Positions 9,538 through 19,675 are shown, counted from the first letter of the stretch. The stretch: DNA of 64,000 nt from Cyanobacteria bacterium auto_48_18 (GCA_036170915.1 JAVHQC010000035.1:160001-224000), one strand, 5' to 3'. The notes: generated from the sequence alone by a model not told the origin. Numbers and translations are program-made.

Positions 9538-12500
9538 TTGAGCTTTTGATTTCTTTTTCTTGGTGGGCCAGGCATAACTGTGCGCGACAGTTGGTCCGGG
9601 TCGGCAGAATTTGAATTGGAAGCTACGGCAGCATTGTTATTGGCCGCAGCTATTGGTGATACTGCTGCTGGTGACTCGTTGTCATCATCATCATCATGAT
9701 TAGATTGATTTGCCACTACAGAAGATCCGCCTTGTTCAAGGATATCAGCTTCGGTTTGTTCTTCACCTTCGCCCACTGTACCGCGACCAACGCCACCTTC
9801 ATTAGCGGATGCAGCCAGTGATGAGAACATCTGCTTGGTATCAGATGTGGTTCTATTGCCCACGGTGCCGCCGCCGACTATATTGGCCATAGAACTGGCC
9901 ACGGTAGCAGTATCACGTCGGGTAGCTGCGTTTGAGTTCATCAGCGAAACAGGCGTGTTCAGTTTGAGTGAAAACGCAGAAGGCATATTGAATCTATCGC
10001 TGGCCGGCTTCTCAAAGCCTTTATCTACGTCAGATCGGCGGGTAGATCTAATCAAGTTCTGAGCTGCAATAAACGAGATAGTAGTGGTATCAGCAGGTGT
10101 TTCAGCACCTTTGCCGCGGAAATGCTCACTGCCATACATGCTAATAAGAGCGCGTTTTTGATTGTAGTCAGGATCATTGACGTTGAGGCCAAAAGCGCCT
10201 ACATCAGACATTTTGTAGAAATTGTCTTGCCCGACGCTGCGAGATGCCACGCCGTTGTCTTGCGGTACTACTCTGTTCTGGCGACCGGCGGCAAAGGCAT
10301 TGCGCACCACGGTTTGACCGTTGGCAGTGAAAGTGACATTCTCTCTGGCAGGAACTGCTTGAGCACTTACTGGCTTCACTTTGATTTCGGTTTTATCTAA
10401 GTTAGTATCAGGATTAACTATTGGTCTGTCACCACCTATCGTGCCAGCCTTGGTTTCAATGACAGCGCCAGCTTTGACGTCGCTACCATTTTGCGTATTC
10501 TCTACGGCTTTAACTTCAGGAGTGGCAGTTAGAGATTGATCAAGATCAGGAGCAAAATTTTGAATTGGCCTGTCATCTTCCATACGATTGCTGACAAAGA
10601 TCGTTGCTAAGCCAGCAGCCATGCCAGTTCCGCTCACAGTTCTAATGAAATTAGGATTAAAGAACATAGAACGGTTGTTGGCAAAAATAATATCGTTTGC
10701 CGACAAGTTTCTCATCATGGCGCCGGTCTGGCCGTTACCACCAATAAGCGGCAACATTTGACTGCGCACCGCAAGGAAGTCGACGAATTTCGATGCAGCA
10801 GAATTGCCTGCCAGACTAACTGTTTTGAAACCTTCAGAAGTAAGACCGGCAAGCAACAGCTTGTCTGAAGCAACTTTATTGCCTTCTGCTGCTAGTTTAA
10901 CGAGATTGCTTCTATAAGCGGCCACTTCAAGTTCATTTGCCGCCACAACCAGCTTGGCCTGTGCTTGTTCGAGCTTGTTAGCCACTTGCATACCGGTATG
11001 ACTTTCAAGATAACGCAGCGTTTGCAATTCGGTTGATGTTTGGCGAATCAACTCTCTTTGTACTACCGAGCTGCTGGAATGGCTTACTTGATTGAATAGA
11101 TTTTCAACATTAGGCAGACGCTTTTCAAACACGCTTTGAGCCAGTACCCTTGCGTCGCTGACAGTTTCGCCAATAGCATTGTGGGCTTGTTTGAGCTGGC
11201 CTACTTCACGAGCGGTTTGCGAACCCACAACTTTTGACGCCGCGATTTCGCGTTCAATAATTGCCAGCTGCTGGTCCATTTGTTTGATTGCTACGCTGCG
11301 ATCGCCGCGCACCATCACATTTTCAGCAGCGCGAGTGTAGTCAGTTACGGCCTGACGCAAAGTCACATTATTTGATAATGCCACATCTTTCGCCACAGTG
11401 CTTTCCAGTACCTGACCAGTTTTGACCAGTGACTGCGCCTGTGCCTCGATTTTCAAAGTGCTTTGCTCTAGAGCTCTCACTTCCAAATTCTGCTTGAGAT
11501 TAGAAACACTGGCTTTGAGATCATCGAGAACTCTCTTGCCTTCTAAAGAACGGTTCATGGCAGACTGGAAGCCAGGTTGTTCAATTTCAGCAGCAAGCTT
11601 TTTGAGGGCAACCGATTGCTGTTCAAAGGTTGAAGCAGTTTTCACTTCCACGGCAGCTTTTTCAATATTGACCAGACGCTGAGAAACGTTAGCGTCCGCG
11701 CGCAGGGTTGAATTTTCTGCCACTCTGGTGCTTAGACCGGCAACGTGATTGGCTTCTTTTGTAATGGCGGCAGTATTTGCTTCAAAACTACGCAAGCCCT
11801 GAGCTTCGACGGCAGCTCTATCAAGCTTAGCCACCGATTGTTTTAACTCCTGATAAATAGCTGCTTTCTCGCCTTTGAATAGAGCCTGGCCACCCAATTC
11901 GTCAATCTTCACCAGTGAATCTTTGATTCTTGCCACGGTGTGAACATCATCCACAGCGTTAGTGAGAGTCTTCGATTGACGCGAAATGAAGTCGAGATTG
12001 TCGGAGACCTGGGCTTGAATAGAGCTAGAAGATTTTTGTGCATGGGCTGCAGTATTGTCGGCCAGGTTAGCTGACAATTTTTCAGTTTGAAGACCAATTT
12101 TTGTAGTTTCGCGTTCGATGGTGCCAACTGTAGCTTCCATTTTTTGCACGCGACCCAAAGCAGCCGAACCATTCTCCAGTTCGACAACACTGGCTCTTAG
12201 ATCTTGAGCAATATTTTTGGCACCACCAGCTTCAAGGTTATCAATGCGATTGCGCACAGATGAAAGTACTTGATTGGTGTTGACACCTTCTTTTAAGGTG
12301 ATTAGCTCTTTTGAGATGCTACTCAGTTCTTGTGTAACTTTTGGCAATTGCAACTCAGGATGGCCTGATTGAGCAATTCTTTCCACTTTGCCCACAGCGG
12401 CAGTGGTCTGTTGACCGAAGCGGCCGATGGTCTCGATGCGCTCGATGGCAAGGGCGGAAGTTTCGATTTTGCTGGCGGCATTGCCCATAGTGGCACTGGA

Positions 12501-15212
12501 AACTTTCATCTCTTCAACCAGTGCAGCCGCTTTCGGATTTTCGGCGAAGAAACGCGAAAATTCAGGCTTGTCGAATTCTTTAATAAGTTGCTGAACTTCC
12601 CGCGCCTGTACGCTGGCATTAGAAGCTCCAGAACTAGAAGGCGTAACTGGTGAGCGGTTATCCAGCACATCATCAATCTTCTTCAAGTTGCTGTTCAAGC
12701 GATCAACAACAGCACCATTGTTTGCACCGCGAGCACCAACTGATTCATCAAGCATTCTAGTCAAGTCACGAGTGCGACCGCTCAAGGTTGCCGCTTCGTT
12801 ATCTAAAATTTTGAGACTGCTCTCAATCTGTTTCAAACTTGTGCGCTCAACCGCTGATGTGGTAACGGTGTTAACGCTGCGGCGCATTTCGACCAGTTCT
12901 TTACCGGCTACCGATTCAAGCACATCTTTGCCGACATTCTGCTCCACTGAGCGCATGGCTTTGCCCAGGTCGTCGACCAGTTGTGGTGTCGCACCTTTTT
13001 CGGCGATTAATTTGAAATTGCTTTGCAGAGCATTGAGAGAGGCTGCGGCATCGCCGTCTAGCTTCAAGCCACTTTCAGTCAGCTTGGCGCTGAAGCTTTC
13101 GACTTTTGCCAGGCCTTGTTCCGCCACAACATTTGTGGCTGGCATTTTAGCGGTGAGCGGCTCTTGCAATTGGAATGGAGATTTTGCAGTAGTTAACTTA
13201 GGTGCCACCGATTCCAGCAATTCACCACCAGCGGCATTAATAGCACCAGTAGTTGTCTTAATTTCTTGCAGTGCGGCTGCAGCCTTGGGATTTTGAGCAA
13301 AGTGCGCGGCAAACTGAGGGCTATCTAGTTGCTTAACGGCGAGGTCAAGCTCTCTGACCGCTGACGGAGTGGTGACACCCCTTTCTAAAATTTCGTCGAT
13401 TTTGCGAACAGAGCTGGTCAATTCGCCGGTATTGGCCACTCGGCTATCAGCAATGGCGTCAACCAGTTTGGTGGTCTGCTGACCCAGGTTGGCGGTCTGC
13501 GCTTCTACCAATTGGACTTGTGATCTTGCAGTACCTAAATTAGGTGTCAGTGCGTTCAACAAATCGTCTCCACCAGCTGCATTTTTAATAGCACCAGTGG
13601 TTGTTTTAACTTCTTGCAGTGCGGCTGCAGCTTTTGGATTTTCAGCAAAGTAAGCTGCATATTGAGGGCTATCTAGTTGCTTAACGGCAACGTCAAGCTC
13701 TTTGACTGCTGACGGAGTGGTGACACCCCTTTCTAAAATTTCGTCGATCTTGCGAACAGAGCTGGTTAATTCGCCGGTATTGGCCACTCGACTATCAGCA
13801 ATGGCATCCACCAGTTTGGTGGTCTGCTGGCCCAGGTTAGTTGCTTGAGCTTCCACCACTTTGATGTCTTTTATTACCGGAGCGTCAAAGTCGGGAGCTT
13901 TAATAGTGGTCTCAGCCTTAGCAATATTGGGCTTAGCACCACTTTCGAGCACAACTTCAGATCTAGTTACCGCGGTTTCACCGGTTACAGGTTTTACTAC
14001 GGGCACTTCTTTAGACGGCAGGACAGGCACTTCTTTATTTGGAAGCACCGCATCTTTTACAGGAACTACCGCGTCTTTTACAGGAACTACCGGGTCTTTT
14101 ACAGGAACTACCGGGTCTTTTACAGGAACTACCGGGTCTTTCACAGGAACTACGGCGTCTTTTACGGTTTCGCCGGTTATGACTTTCGGTGTGCTAGCTG
14201 CATCACCAATTTTACTCTCGCCCACCGGACGAGTAATAACGGGCTCAACAGGAGGGGTTTTGCCATCTAAGTGAACCGGCTTCGCGACAACTGGCGCGTC
14301 AGGCACAACCTTAGTATCGATTTTGACGTTAGCGCCCAACTTGATATCAGCAGCTGGAACGACAGCGTCGTCGATTGCCTTGATCACTCCTCCTGCTGGT
14401 TTAACTTCGACTCCAGCAAAACTGCGAGAAGGAGAAGGGGTAGCAAATGGCAGTTCAAATTTTGTCGACAATCCTTTAAGAGGATTGTTGGTGCTCAACC
14501 AATCAATTTTGTTGGCCATTGATTGACCAAAAGTAGTGACAGGTTTGATTGCTGTTGATTCGGCAGCCCTAACCACAAGGCCTTCCGGCACGCGGCGGCC
14601 AGAAAGAACGGCTACGTCATTCAGCTCGGGAGTGCTGCTACGTGTAAGAACAGTGCGCACGTCAGACACCAAACTGCGAGCAGCCACGGTACGAGCCATG
14701 GCGGACTCGGCACCAACGATGGCCTCAGTGCGCGCACCGACTTTACCGGCAGTGCTGGAACCGCCAAATCCGGCGGTGAAAACGGTAAAGATGGCAGCAC
14801 CAGCAAGGTGATAGCGCTCTTTGGTGGAACCATGATCAATTACAGCAGCGGCTTTGACGGTTTCGTCTTTTAAGGCTTTGGCTGTCGCCACCGGATTGCT
14901 GACAATATCTTTGACATTTGCGGCGATGTTGCCGACTACACCCTGACTGTTGCTCTTCTTACCAGCAACGATGTCGGCAGTACTCTGATGGCGAGTGACA
15001 ATTGCCAGGGTACCGAGAGCCGCGTCGGCCATCCCGGAGGTCAGGCTACTGAGATTAGAAGACCAGCTGGATTCTTCTTTTTTGACGAACTTTGCTTCTG
15101 GAGCTTTTGGTTTGGAAGCCAGCAGGTCGCCCGCTAAATTTGCAGCAGGAGTGCTAGGAGCCTTAACTGGCTCGTCTGGTTTCTCACTCGATGCTTGTGG
15201 ATTTTTGGGCAT
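9525..15212 (-). CDS. Giant (1895 aa) hypothetical Ala/Ser/Val/Lys-rich protein with internal repeats
   Basis: 5.7-kb uninterrupted ORF; no recognisable enzyme motif; no classical signal peptide. Confidence 0.85.
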   Translation of the reverse strand: MPKNPQASSEKPDEPVKAPSTPAANLAGDLLASKPKAPEAKFVKKEESSWSSNLSSLTSGMADAALGTLAIVTRHQSTADIVAGKKSNSQGVVGNIAANVKDIVSNPVATAKALKDETVKAAAVIDHGSTKERYHLAGAAIFTVFTAGFGGSSTAGKVGARTEAIVGAESAMARTVAARSLVSDVRTVLTRSSTPELNDVAVLSGRRVPEGLVVRAAESTAIKPVTTFGQSMANKIDWLSTNNPLKGLSTKFELPFATPSPSRSFAGVEVKPAGGVIKAIDDAVVPAADIKLGANVKIDTKVVPDAPVVAKPVHLDGKTPPVEPVITRPVGESKIGDAASTPKVITGETVKDAVVPVKDPVVPVKDPVVPVKDPVVPVKDAVVPVKDAVLPNKEVPVLPSKEVPVVKPVTGETAVTRSEVVLESGAKPNIAKAETTIKAPDFDAPVIKDIKVVEAQATNLGQQTTKLVDAIADSRVANTGELTSSVRKIDEILERGVTTPSAVKELDVAVKQLDSPQYAAYFAENPKAAAALQEVKTTTGAIKNAAGGDDLLNALTPNLGTARSQVQLVEAQTANLGQQTTKLVDAIADSRVANTGELTSSVRKIDEILERGVTTPSAVRELDLAVKQLDSPQFAAHFAQNPKAAAALQEIKTTTGAINAAGGELLESVAPKLTTAKSPFQLQEPLTAKMPATNVVAEQGLAKVESFSAKLTESGLKLDGDAAASLNALQSNFKLIAEKGATPQLVDDLGKAMRSVEQNVGKDVLESVAGKELVEMRRSVNTVTTSAVERTSLKQIESSLKILDNEAATLSGRTRDLTRMLDESVGARGANNGAVVDRLNSNLKKIDDVLDNRSPVTPSSSGASNASVQAREVQQLIKEFDKPEFSRFFAENPKAAALVEEMKVSSATMGNAASKIETSALAIERIETIGRFGQQTTAAVGKVERIAQSGHPELQLPKVTQELSSISKELITLKEGVNTNQVLSSVRNRIDNLEAGGAKNIAQDLRASVVELENGSAALGRVQKMEATVGTIERETTKIGLQTEKLSANLADNTAAHAQKSSSSIQAQVSDNLDFISRQSKTLTNAVDDVHTVARIKDSLVKIDELGGQALFKGEKAAIYQELKQSVAKLDRAAVEAQGLRSFEANTAAITKEANHVAGLSTRVAENSTLRADANVSQRLVNIEKAAVEVKTASTFEQQSVALKKLAAEIEQPGFQSAMNRSLEGKRVLDDLKASVSNLKQNLEVRALEQSTLKIEAQAQSLVKTGQVLESTVAKDVALSNNVTLRQAVTDYTRAAENVMVRGDRSVAIKQMDQQLAIIEREIAASKVVGSQTAREVGQLKQAHNAIGETVSDARVLAQSVFEKRLPNVENLFNQVSHSSSSVVQRELIRQTSTELQTLRYLESHTGMQVANKLEQAQAKLVVAANELEVAAYRSNLVKLAAEGNKVASDKLLLAGLTSEGFKTVSLAGNSAASKFVDFLAVRSQMLPLIGGNGQTGAMMRNLSANDIIFANNRSMFFNPNFIRTVSGTGMAAGLATIFVSNRMEDDRPIQNFAPDLDQSLTATPEVKAVENTQNGSDVKAGAVIETKAGTIGGDRPIVNPDTNLDKTEIKVKPVSAQAVPARENVTFTANGQTVVRNAFAAGRQNRVVPQDNGVASRSVGQDNFYKMSDVGAFGLNVNDPDYNQKRALISMYGSEHFRGKGAETPADTTTISFIAAQNLIRSTRRSDVDKGFEKPASDRFNMPSAFSLKLNTPVSLMNSNAATRRDTATVASSMANIVGGGTVGNRTTSDTKQMFSSLAASANEGGVGRGTVGEGEEQTEADILEQGGSSVVANQSNHDDDDDNESPAAVSPIAAANNNAAVASNSNSADPDQLSRTVMPGPPRKRNQKLNQAV
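13238..13858 (-). repeat. Internal duplication of about 270 bp in giant ORF (about 13238-13510 and 13586-13858, offset 348 bp)
   Basis: Near-identical peptide NLGQQTTKLVDAIADSRVANTGELTSSVRKIDEILERGVTTPSAV..LD.AVKQLDSPQ occurs twice. Confidence 0.95.
14040..14165 (-). repeat. 21-bp tandem repeat (VKD[P/A]VVP, about 6 copies) in giant ORF
   Basis: tttacaggaactaccgggtct units seen directly. Confidence 0.95.
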
Positions 15213-15548
15213 TGTTTGACTTGGAGGCTATTTTCTTTTGGGCTGCCAGATGGGGGGTCTATGCATCTACACGGGTTGCCAAGAATCTAGACAAATTTCT
15301 CATTTTTATCTGTATAAATCGATGGGGGAACCACGAGGTAAGGAAAAATGACGTTTGTGGAAAGTAGGGACGCCAGAGTGGTACTTTGATAAGAACCCTT
15401 GGTATTTGGTCTTTGCTCCGTGTAACCGGTGCCAGCGTTTGCCCGAGCACTAATTACAACTTATATATCCCCTCAGCGTAAGGGTTCTAAACAGGTCCAA
15501 GGCCAGAGAACCGGTTGCCAAGAGGCCCTTGAGGATTTGCCCACCAAC

Positions 15549-16376
15549 ATGTACCTGCGAGAAAGCCTCAATAACATTCTGGAAAAAGACCCGGCAGCAC
15601 GCAGTTGGCTTGAAGTTGTGCTTTGCTACCCTGGTTTCCACGCCCTCTTTTTCCATAAAATTGCCCATTCTTTGTGGCAAGCAGGCCTACGTACACCTGG
15701 CCGATTTATCTCCCACCTCGGTCGCGTTTTTACCGGCATCGAAATTCACCCAGGTGCAACCATCGGTAGGAGAGTTTTCATTGACCATGGAATGGGCGTT
15801 GTGATTGGCGAAACCGCCAGGGTGGGTGACGATTGCGTTATTTACCAGGGAGTAACCCTGGGGGCAGGGGCAGCAGCACGTCAGGGTGCACTCAGCCGCG
15901 ACACCAAGAGGCACCCAACCTTAGGGCAGGGAGTGATCGTGGGCAGCGGTGCCGAAATTCAAGGGGCGATTATCGTTGGTGATAACGTGCGGGTAGCTTC
16001 GCGCTCGATTGTGCTCAAAGATGTGCCGGCCAATTCGGTGGTGGTGGGCGTACCTGGTCGAGTGATCTATCGCGATGGCCAAAAAGTGCAGCCGGAAAAA
16101 CCACAAGAAGACGTACCAGACATTGAGGCGCAAGCGATCAAATCTTTGCACGACAAATTGTCTGACCTGGAGGGCACCGTTAAAGAGCTCAAAAATAAGG
16201 TCAAACTGCAAAATCGCCAGTTAGAGCAATTGCAAGAACGGGTGCCCTGTCCTGAATTGAGCGCCGAATCGAGCGCCAGCCACACGGCCCTGACCTCCCT
16301 GGATCCTCGTCCAGTTGGCAGCAGCGGCGACGGTCAAGACCCAGTAGACGTTTTTCTCCAGGGGGCAGGAATTTAA
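15549..16376 (+). CDS. cysE: Serine O-acetyltransferase
   Basis: DPAARS.LEV.LCYPG, TGIEIHPGA.IG, FIDHGMGVVIGETA, KRHPTLG; ends DVFLQGAGI; ATG at 15549 more likely than the upstream GTG. Confidence 0.96.
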   Translation: MYLRESLNNILEKDPAARSWLEVVLCYPGFHALFFHKIAHSLWQAGLRTPGRFISHLGRVFTGIEIHPGATIGRRVFIDHGMGVVIGETARVGDDCVIYQGVTLGAGAAARQGALSRDTKRHPTLGQGVIVGSGAEIQGAIIVGDNVRVASRSIVLKDVPANSVVVGVPGRVIYRDGQKVQPEKPQEDVPDIEAQAIKSLHDKLSDLEGTVKELKNKVKLQNRQLEQLQERVPCPELSAESSASHTALTSLDPRPVGSSGDGQDPVDVFLQGAGI

Positions 16377-16512
16377 TGTTGGTAAGCATTTGACAAATTA
16401 GCGGCCGATAACTTGAATAATTGAGTAGCAGCAACGAAACGACCGAATCAGCGGCTAAGATTGCGGGTAGAATAAATTGGGTCCTCAGATTTGACGGAGA
16501 AAGGAAACTCGC

Positions 16513-16737
16513 ATGGCGGTTAGCGAGCTTGAAAAAGCATTCGGCACTCTTACCGAAGCTCTCGACATGACTGAATCGGAAATTTCCGAGGAAGTTAAGA
16601 TCATTGAGCAGCAAATAGAAGAGTTAAAGGCACGAACTATTGAACTCGTGGGCAAACAAGAAACGTTAGCTCACGACCGAGCATCCATTTCAGAAATGGT
16701 CAATCGATATTGTGACACCGAGGGCGGTGCGGGCTAA
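16513..16737 (+). CDS. Small acidic coiled-coil hypothetical protein
   Basis: AAGGA RBS; heptad-like pattern. Confidence 0.7.
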   Translation: MAVSELEKAFGTLTEALDMTESEISEEVKIIEQQIEELKARTIELVGKQETLAHDRASISEMVNRYCDTEGGAG

Positions 16738-16804
16738 TTGCTATTAGGTCGTTCGCCTGTAGATCCAGCATTGCCTGGAAGAAGCTAGGAAATATTCATT
16801 CACA

Positions 16805-17329
16805 ATGTCAGGTTCCTGTCCCTATTGCGGTGCCAAACTAAATTACGGAATTAAGTTCTGCGTAGTTTGTGGACGGCCAATTACAGGCCAAGAAAGCGCC
16901 GGCAGTAAAATGGGCGGCGGTATGCGTTCTGGTATCAGACCGGCCGACGTAACACGCAGGCTCGATGATCTGATGACTGTGGCTCGCTTTAGACGTTCGA
17001 AGCGCACCACTTCTCTCGACACCAACGTGCGCTGGCTCGGCCTCAACGGAGTTTCAGTGGCACTGGGGGTAGTGCTGTTTTTCTGTGCCGTAAAGATCAG
17101 TCTAGATGGTGGTCTGGTAAAACGCACCGATGCCCACATCTCACCCCTGGCAGGCATATTAACCAAGCTTGGCATGGACGATCTGGGCAAGAAAAATCCC
17201 TTAGACCAATGGTTCAAGCCAGCCAAGCCGGCAAGCAAAACTCCTTCTAAAAATCCGGCTAAAGCCGACTCGAAGAAGAAAGTAAAGGTCAAAGTGAAGA
17301 AAAACAAAGCCGAGCAGCCGCAGCGCTAA
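16805..17329 (+). CDS. Zinc-ribbon membrane protein with Lys-rich tail
   Basis: CPYCG...FCVVCG; one TM helix. Confidence 0.8.
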   Translation: MSGSCPYCGAKLNYGIKFCVVCGRPITGQESAGSKMGGGMRSGIRPADVTRRLDDLMTVARFRRSKRTTSLDTNVRWLGLNGVSVALGVVLFFCAVKISLDGGLVKRTDAHISPLAGILTKLGMDDLGKKNPLDQWFKPAKPASKTPSKNPAKADSKKKVKVKVKKNKAEQPQR

Positions 17330-17538
17330 GTTATTAGTCTAACGATGCCATGCTCAAGCAAAAGAGCAAACTGCTCTTGAGTCCAGTGTTTTTTAACTTT
17401 AGGCGAGTGTTGCAAAGTTGCGCGAATGACTTTGTCACCAGCCCCGGTGACTTCGTAGATATATTCTTTTTCAAACAATGGCGGAGCTTTGACTGCAATC
17501 AGTTGACCCTTAACCAAATTGAATTCGTTTTCGTCCAT
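17326..17538 (-). CDS. Small hypothetical protein
   Basis: ATG immediately downstream of ACAD gene, same strand; protein-like composition. Confidence 0.65.
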   Translation of the reverse strand: MDENEFNLVKGQLIAVKAPPLFEKEYIYEVTGAGDKVIRATLQHSPKVKKHWTQEQFALLLEHGIVRLIT

Positions 17539-17544
17539 GGCAGC

Positions 17545-18711
17545 CTAGACCGATGTCACCAGTTGCCTGCCCAGATCGACCTTCAGCGAGTCTCCACTGT
17601 GCTCATAAAGCTGATATACCTTGGCGTCACGCATCAATTTTTCCACCGGATATTCGCGTGAATATCCATATCCACCAAAAATCTGTACGGCATCTGTGGT
17701 GACCCGCATAACCATCTCTTGTGCGAAAGCTTTAGCACAAACGGCTTCCGTGGCAGACATAATATTTTGATCTGCCAGCTGAGCGGCTTGCCAAACTAGC
17801 AACCTGGCCGCTTCAATGTCTTTGGCCATGTCGGCCAACATAAACGAAACAGCCTGGTGCTGAGAAATGGTCACACCAAATGTAGTTCTCTCTTTGGCAT
17901 ACTTAAGAGCATGAGCCAGGGCACTGCGGGCAACACCAACCATGCCAGCGGCAATAATCGGATATGTACGCACCATTGCCCGACGATAAAGGCTCTCTCC
18001 TTGTCCTTCACCACCGAGGAGCGCCGATTGGTCAAGATAGATTTCGTCCATTCTCGTGGCGCAAATCACCTGAGCCTTACGACCGAGGCCGTGTACGCGC
18101 TCACCAAAATCTAAATCGTCATCGGCACTAACTAAAAAATAACTGAAGCTAGAATTATGGACTTTCGCTACTGGCGGCTCATTTTCATTGACATCAGCTT
18201 CACGCCGGTCTTCGCTGGCTGCCACCAGGTACCAATTACCGATGCCGCCATTAACGAGAGCTGCGTGTTTGCCGCTGAGAATATAGCGATTGCCCTCTTT
18301 ACGATAAAAAATGCGACCATTTTTTAGACCACCAGACATTGTAAAACCGGCTAATAGCGGCGCATTCATTAATGGGGTGAGAAATTTCTCTTTCTGCTCG
18401 TCTGTGCCGAAATCAATCACAAATTGTTGAGCCACTGTTGATGCCTCTACACCACCAGCAATACCGCTGCATCCAGCTGCCAGTTCTTCGGCAATGACAC
18501 AACCATCAAGACATCCGAGACCCAGACCGTTGTATTTTTCCGGCACTGCAGCGTTAACCAGCCCGGTCTCGAAAAGCTTTTCAAAAATGACCTGAGGAAA
18601 CTCACCACTCTGGTCATATTTATGAGCGGTGCCGGCAATCTCACGGGTGGCAAACTCGCGCGCCAGTTTCTGGTATTCGAGCTGGTCTTCGCTTAGCTTA
18701 TGGGTGAGCAT
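17545..18711 (-). CDS. Acyl-CoA dehydrogenase family protein (partly degenerate motifs)
   Basis: FGTDEQKEKFL, YAKER.TFG..I..HQ.V.F.LADM, AVQIFGGYGYSREYPVEKLMRDAK. Confidence 0.9.
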   Translation of the reverse strand: MLTHKLSEDQLEYQKLAREFATREIAGTAHKYDQSGEFPQVIFEKLFETGLVNAAVPEKYNGLGLGCLDGCVIAEELAAGCSGIAGGVEASTVAQQFVIDFGTDEQKEKFLTPLMNAPLLAGFTMSGGLKNGRIFYRKEGNRYILSGKHAALVNGGIGNWYLVAASEDRREADVNENEPPVAKVHNSSFSYFLVSADDDLDFGERVHGLGRKAQVICATRMDEIYLDQSALLGGEGQGESLYRRAMVRTYPIIAAGMVGVARSALAHALKYAKERTTFGVTISQHQAVSFMLADMAKDIEAARLLVWQAAQLADQNIMSATEAVCAKAFAQEMVMRVTTDAVQIFGGYGYSREYPVEKLMRDAKVYQLYEHSGDSLKVDLGRQLVTSV

Positions 18712-18969
18712 GATTTTTCCTGATTACCTGATTCTATTTGTAGATGTTGTAGATATTGTAGGGCCTGGCCAATTAGCGTCTTATTATGGAGTTAAAACAA
18801 TTATTCTTGACAATTATTGCACCCTGCAAAAACGTGGCCGGCTGCGGCTTGTGGAGAAGGCCTAAAATATTATTCATCAATACAGGGCTAAAGCGTGCCT
18901 TCAGTGCTTGACCCGCGGGCTCTGGCAGGGCATCATTACACTGTCAAGAAGATCTGATTCGATTATCAA

Positions 18970-19662
18970 ATGAACGTGCTCGTCGCTCCATCAATTTTGT
19001 CAGCCGACTTCTCCCGCCTGGGTGAAGAAGTTAAACGCGCTGAGGACGGCGGCGCCGATTGGATTCACGTTGACGTCATGGATGGCCACTTCGTCCCCAA
19101 TTTGACTATTGGCGCTCCGGTGGTCAAATGTCTTAAGGGTGTAACAAGTTTGCCCCTTGATGTGCACTTAATGATCACCGACCCTGATCGCTACCTGTCT
19201 GATTTTGCTGACGCTGGTGCCGATTACATCACAGTGCATCAAGAAGCTTGCAATCACCTGCAAAGAACTCTGTCTCATATTCGCAGCCTGGGAAAAAAAG
19301 CGGGAGTAGCTCTTAACCCGGCCACAGCTGAAGACAGCCTAAAATACGTTTTGCAAGATCTAGACCTGGTGTTGATTATGTCGGTTAATCCTGGTTTTGG
19401 CGGACAAAAATTTATTGCCGAAGTGCTGCCTAAAATAGCCAATTTGAGAAAAATGTTTGACCAGGCAGGCAGACCTGATGTTGTCATTTCAGTAGATGGT
19501 GGTATCAACGCTGATACCGCTAAACAAGTCGTCGCTCATGGAGCAAACGCGGTAGTAGCTGGTAATTTTGTTTATGGTGCACCCGATTTAACCAAGGCCA
19601 TCAAAGATTTGAAAGCAGCGGGAAGCAATGTCCCGGCTAAAGAAAAAGCAATTTTAAAGTAG
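18970..19662 (+). CDS. rpe: Ribulose-phosphate 3-epimerase
   Basis: APSILSADF, HVDVMDGHFVPNLT.G, MSVNPGFGGQ.F, VDGGIN. Confidence 0.98.
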   Translation: MNVLVAPSILSADFSRLGEEVKRAEDGGADWIHVDVMDGHFVPNLTIGAPVVKCLKGVTSLPLDVHLMITDPDRYLSDFADAGADYITVHQEACNHLQRTLSHIRSLGKKAGVALNPATAEDSLKYVLQDLDLVLIMSVNPGFGGQKFIAEVLPKIANLRKMFDQAGRPDVVISVDGGINADTAKQVVAHGANAVVAGNFVYGAPDLTKAIKDLKAAGSNVPAKEKAILK

Positions 19663-19675
19663 TAAGGAGAGAACA

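Noticed and set aside
11298..11305. Cyanobacterial HIP1 (GCGATCGC) enrichment
   Set aside because: Only isolated occurrences noticed; no evident over-representation, though not formally counted
14040..14165. CRISPR array
   Set aside because: Contiguous in-frame 21-bp units without spacers; no cas genes
12688..14811. Plus-strand ORFs antisense to the giant gene, and other short ORFs overlapping confident genes
   Set aside because: Shadow ORFs with no motifs, explained by codon structure of the real gene
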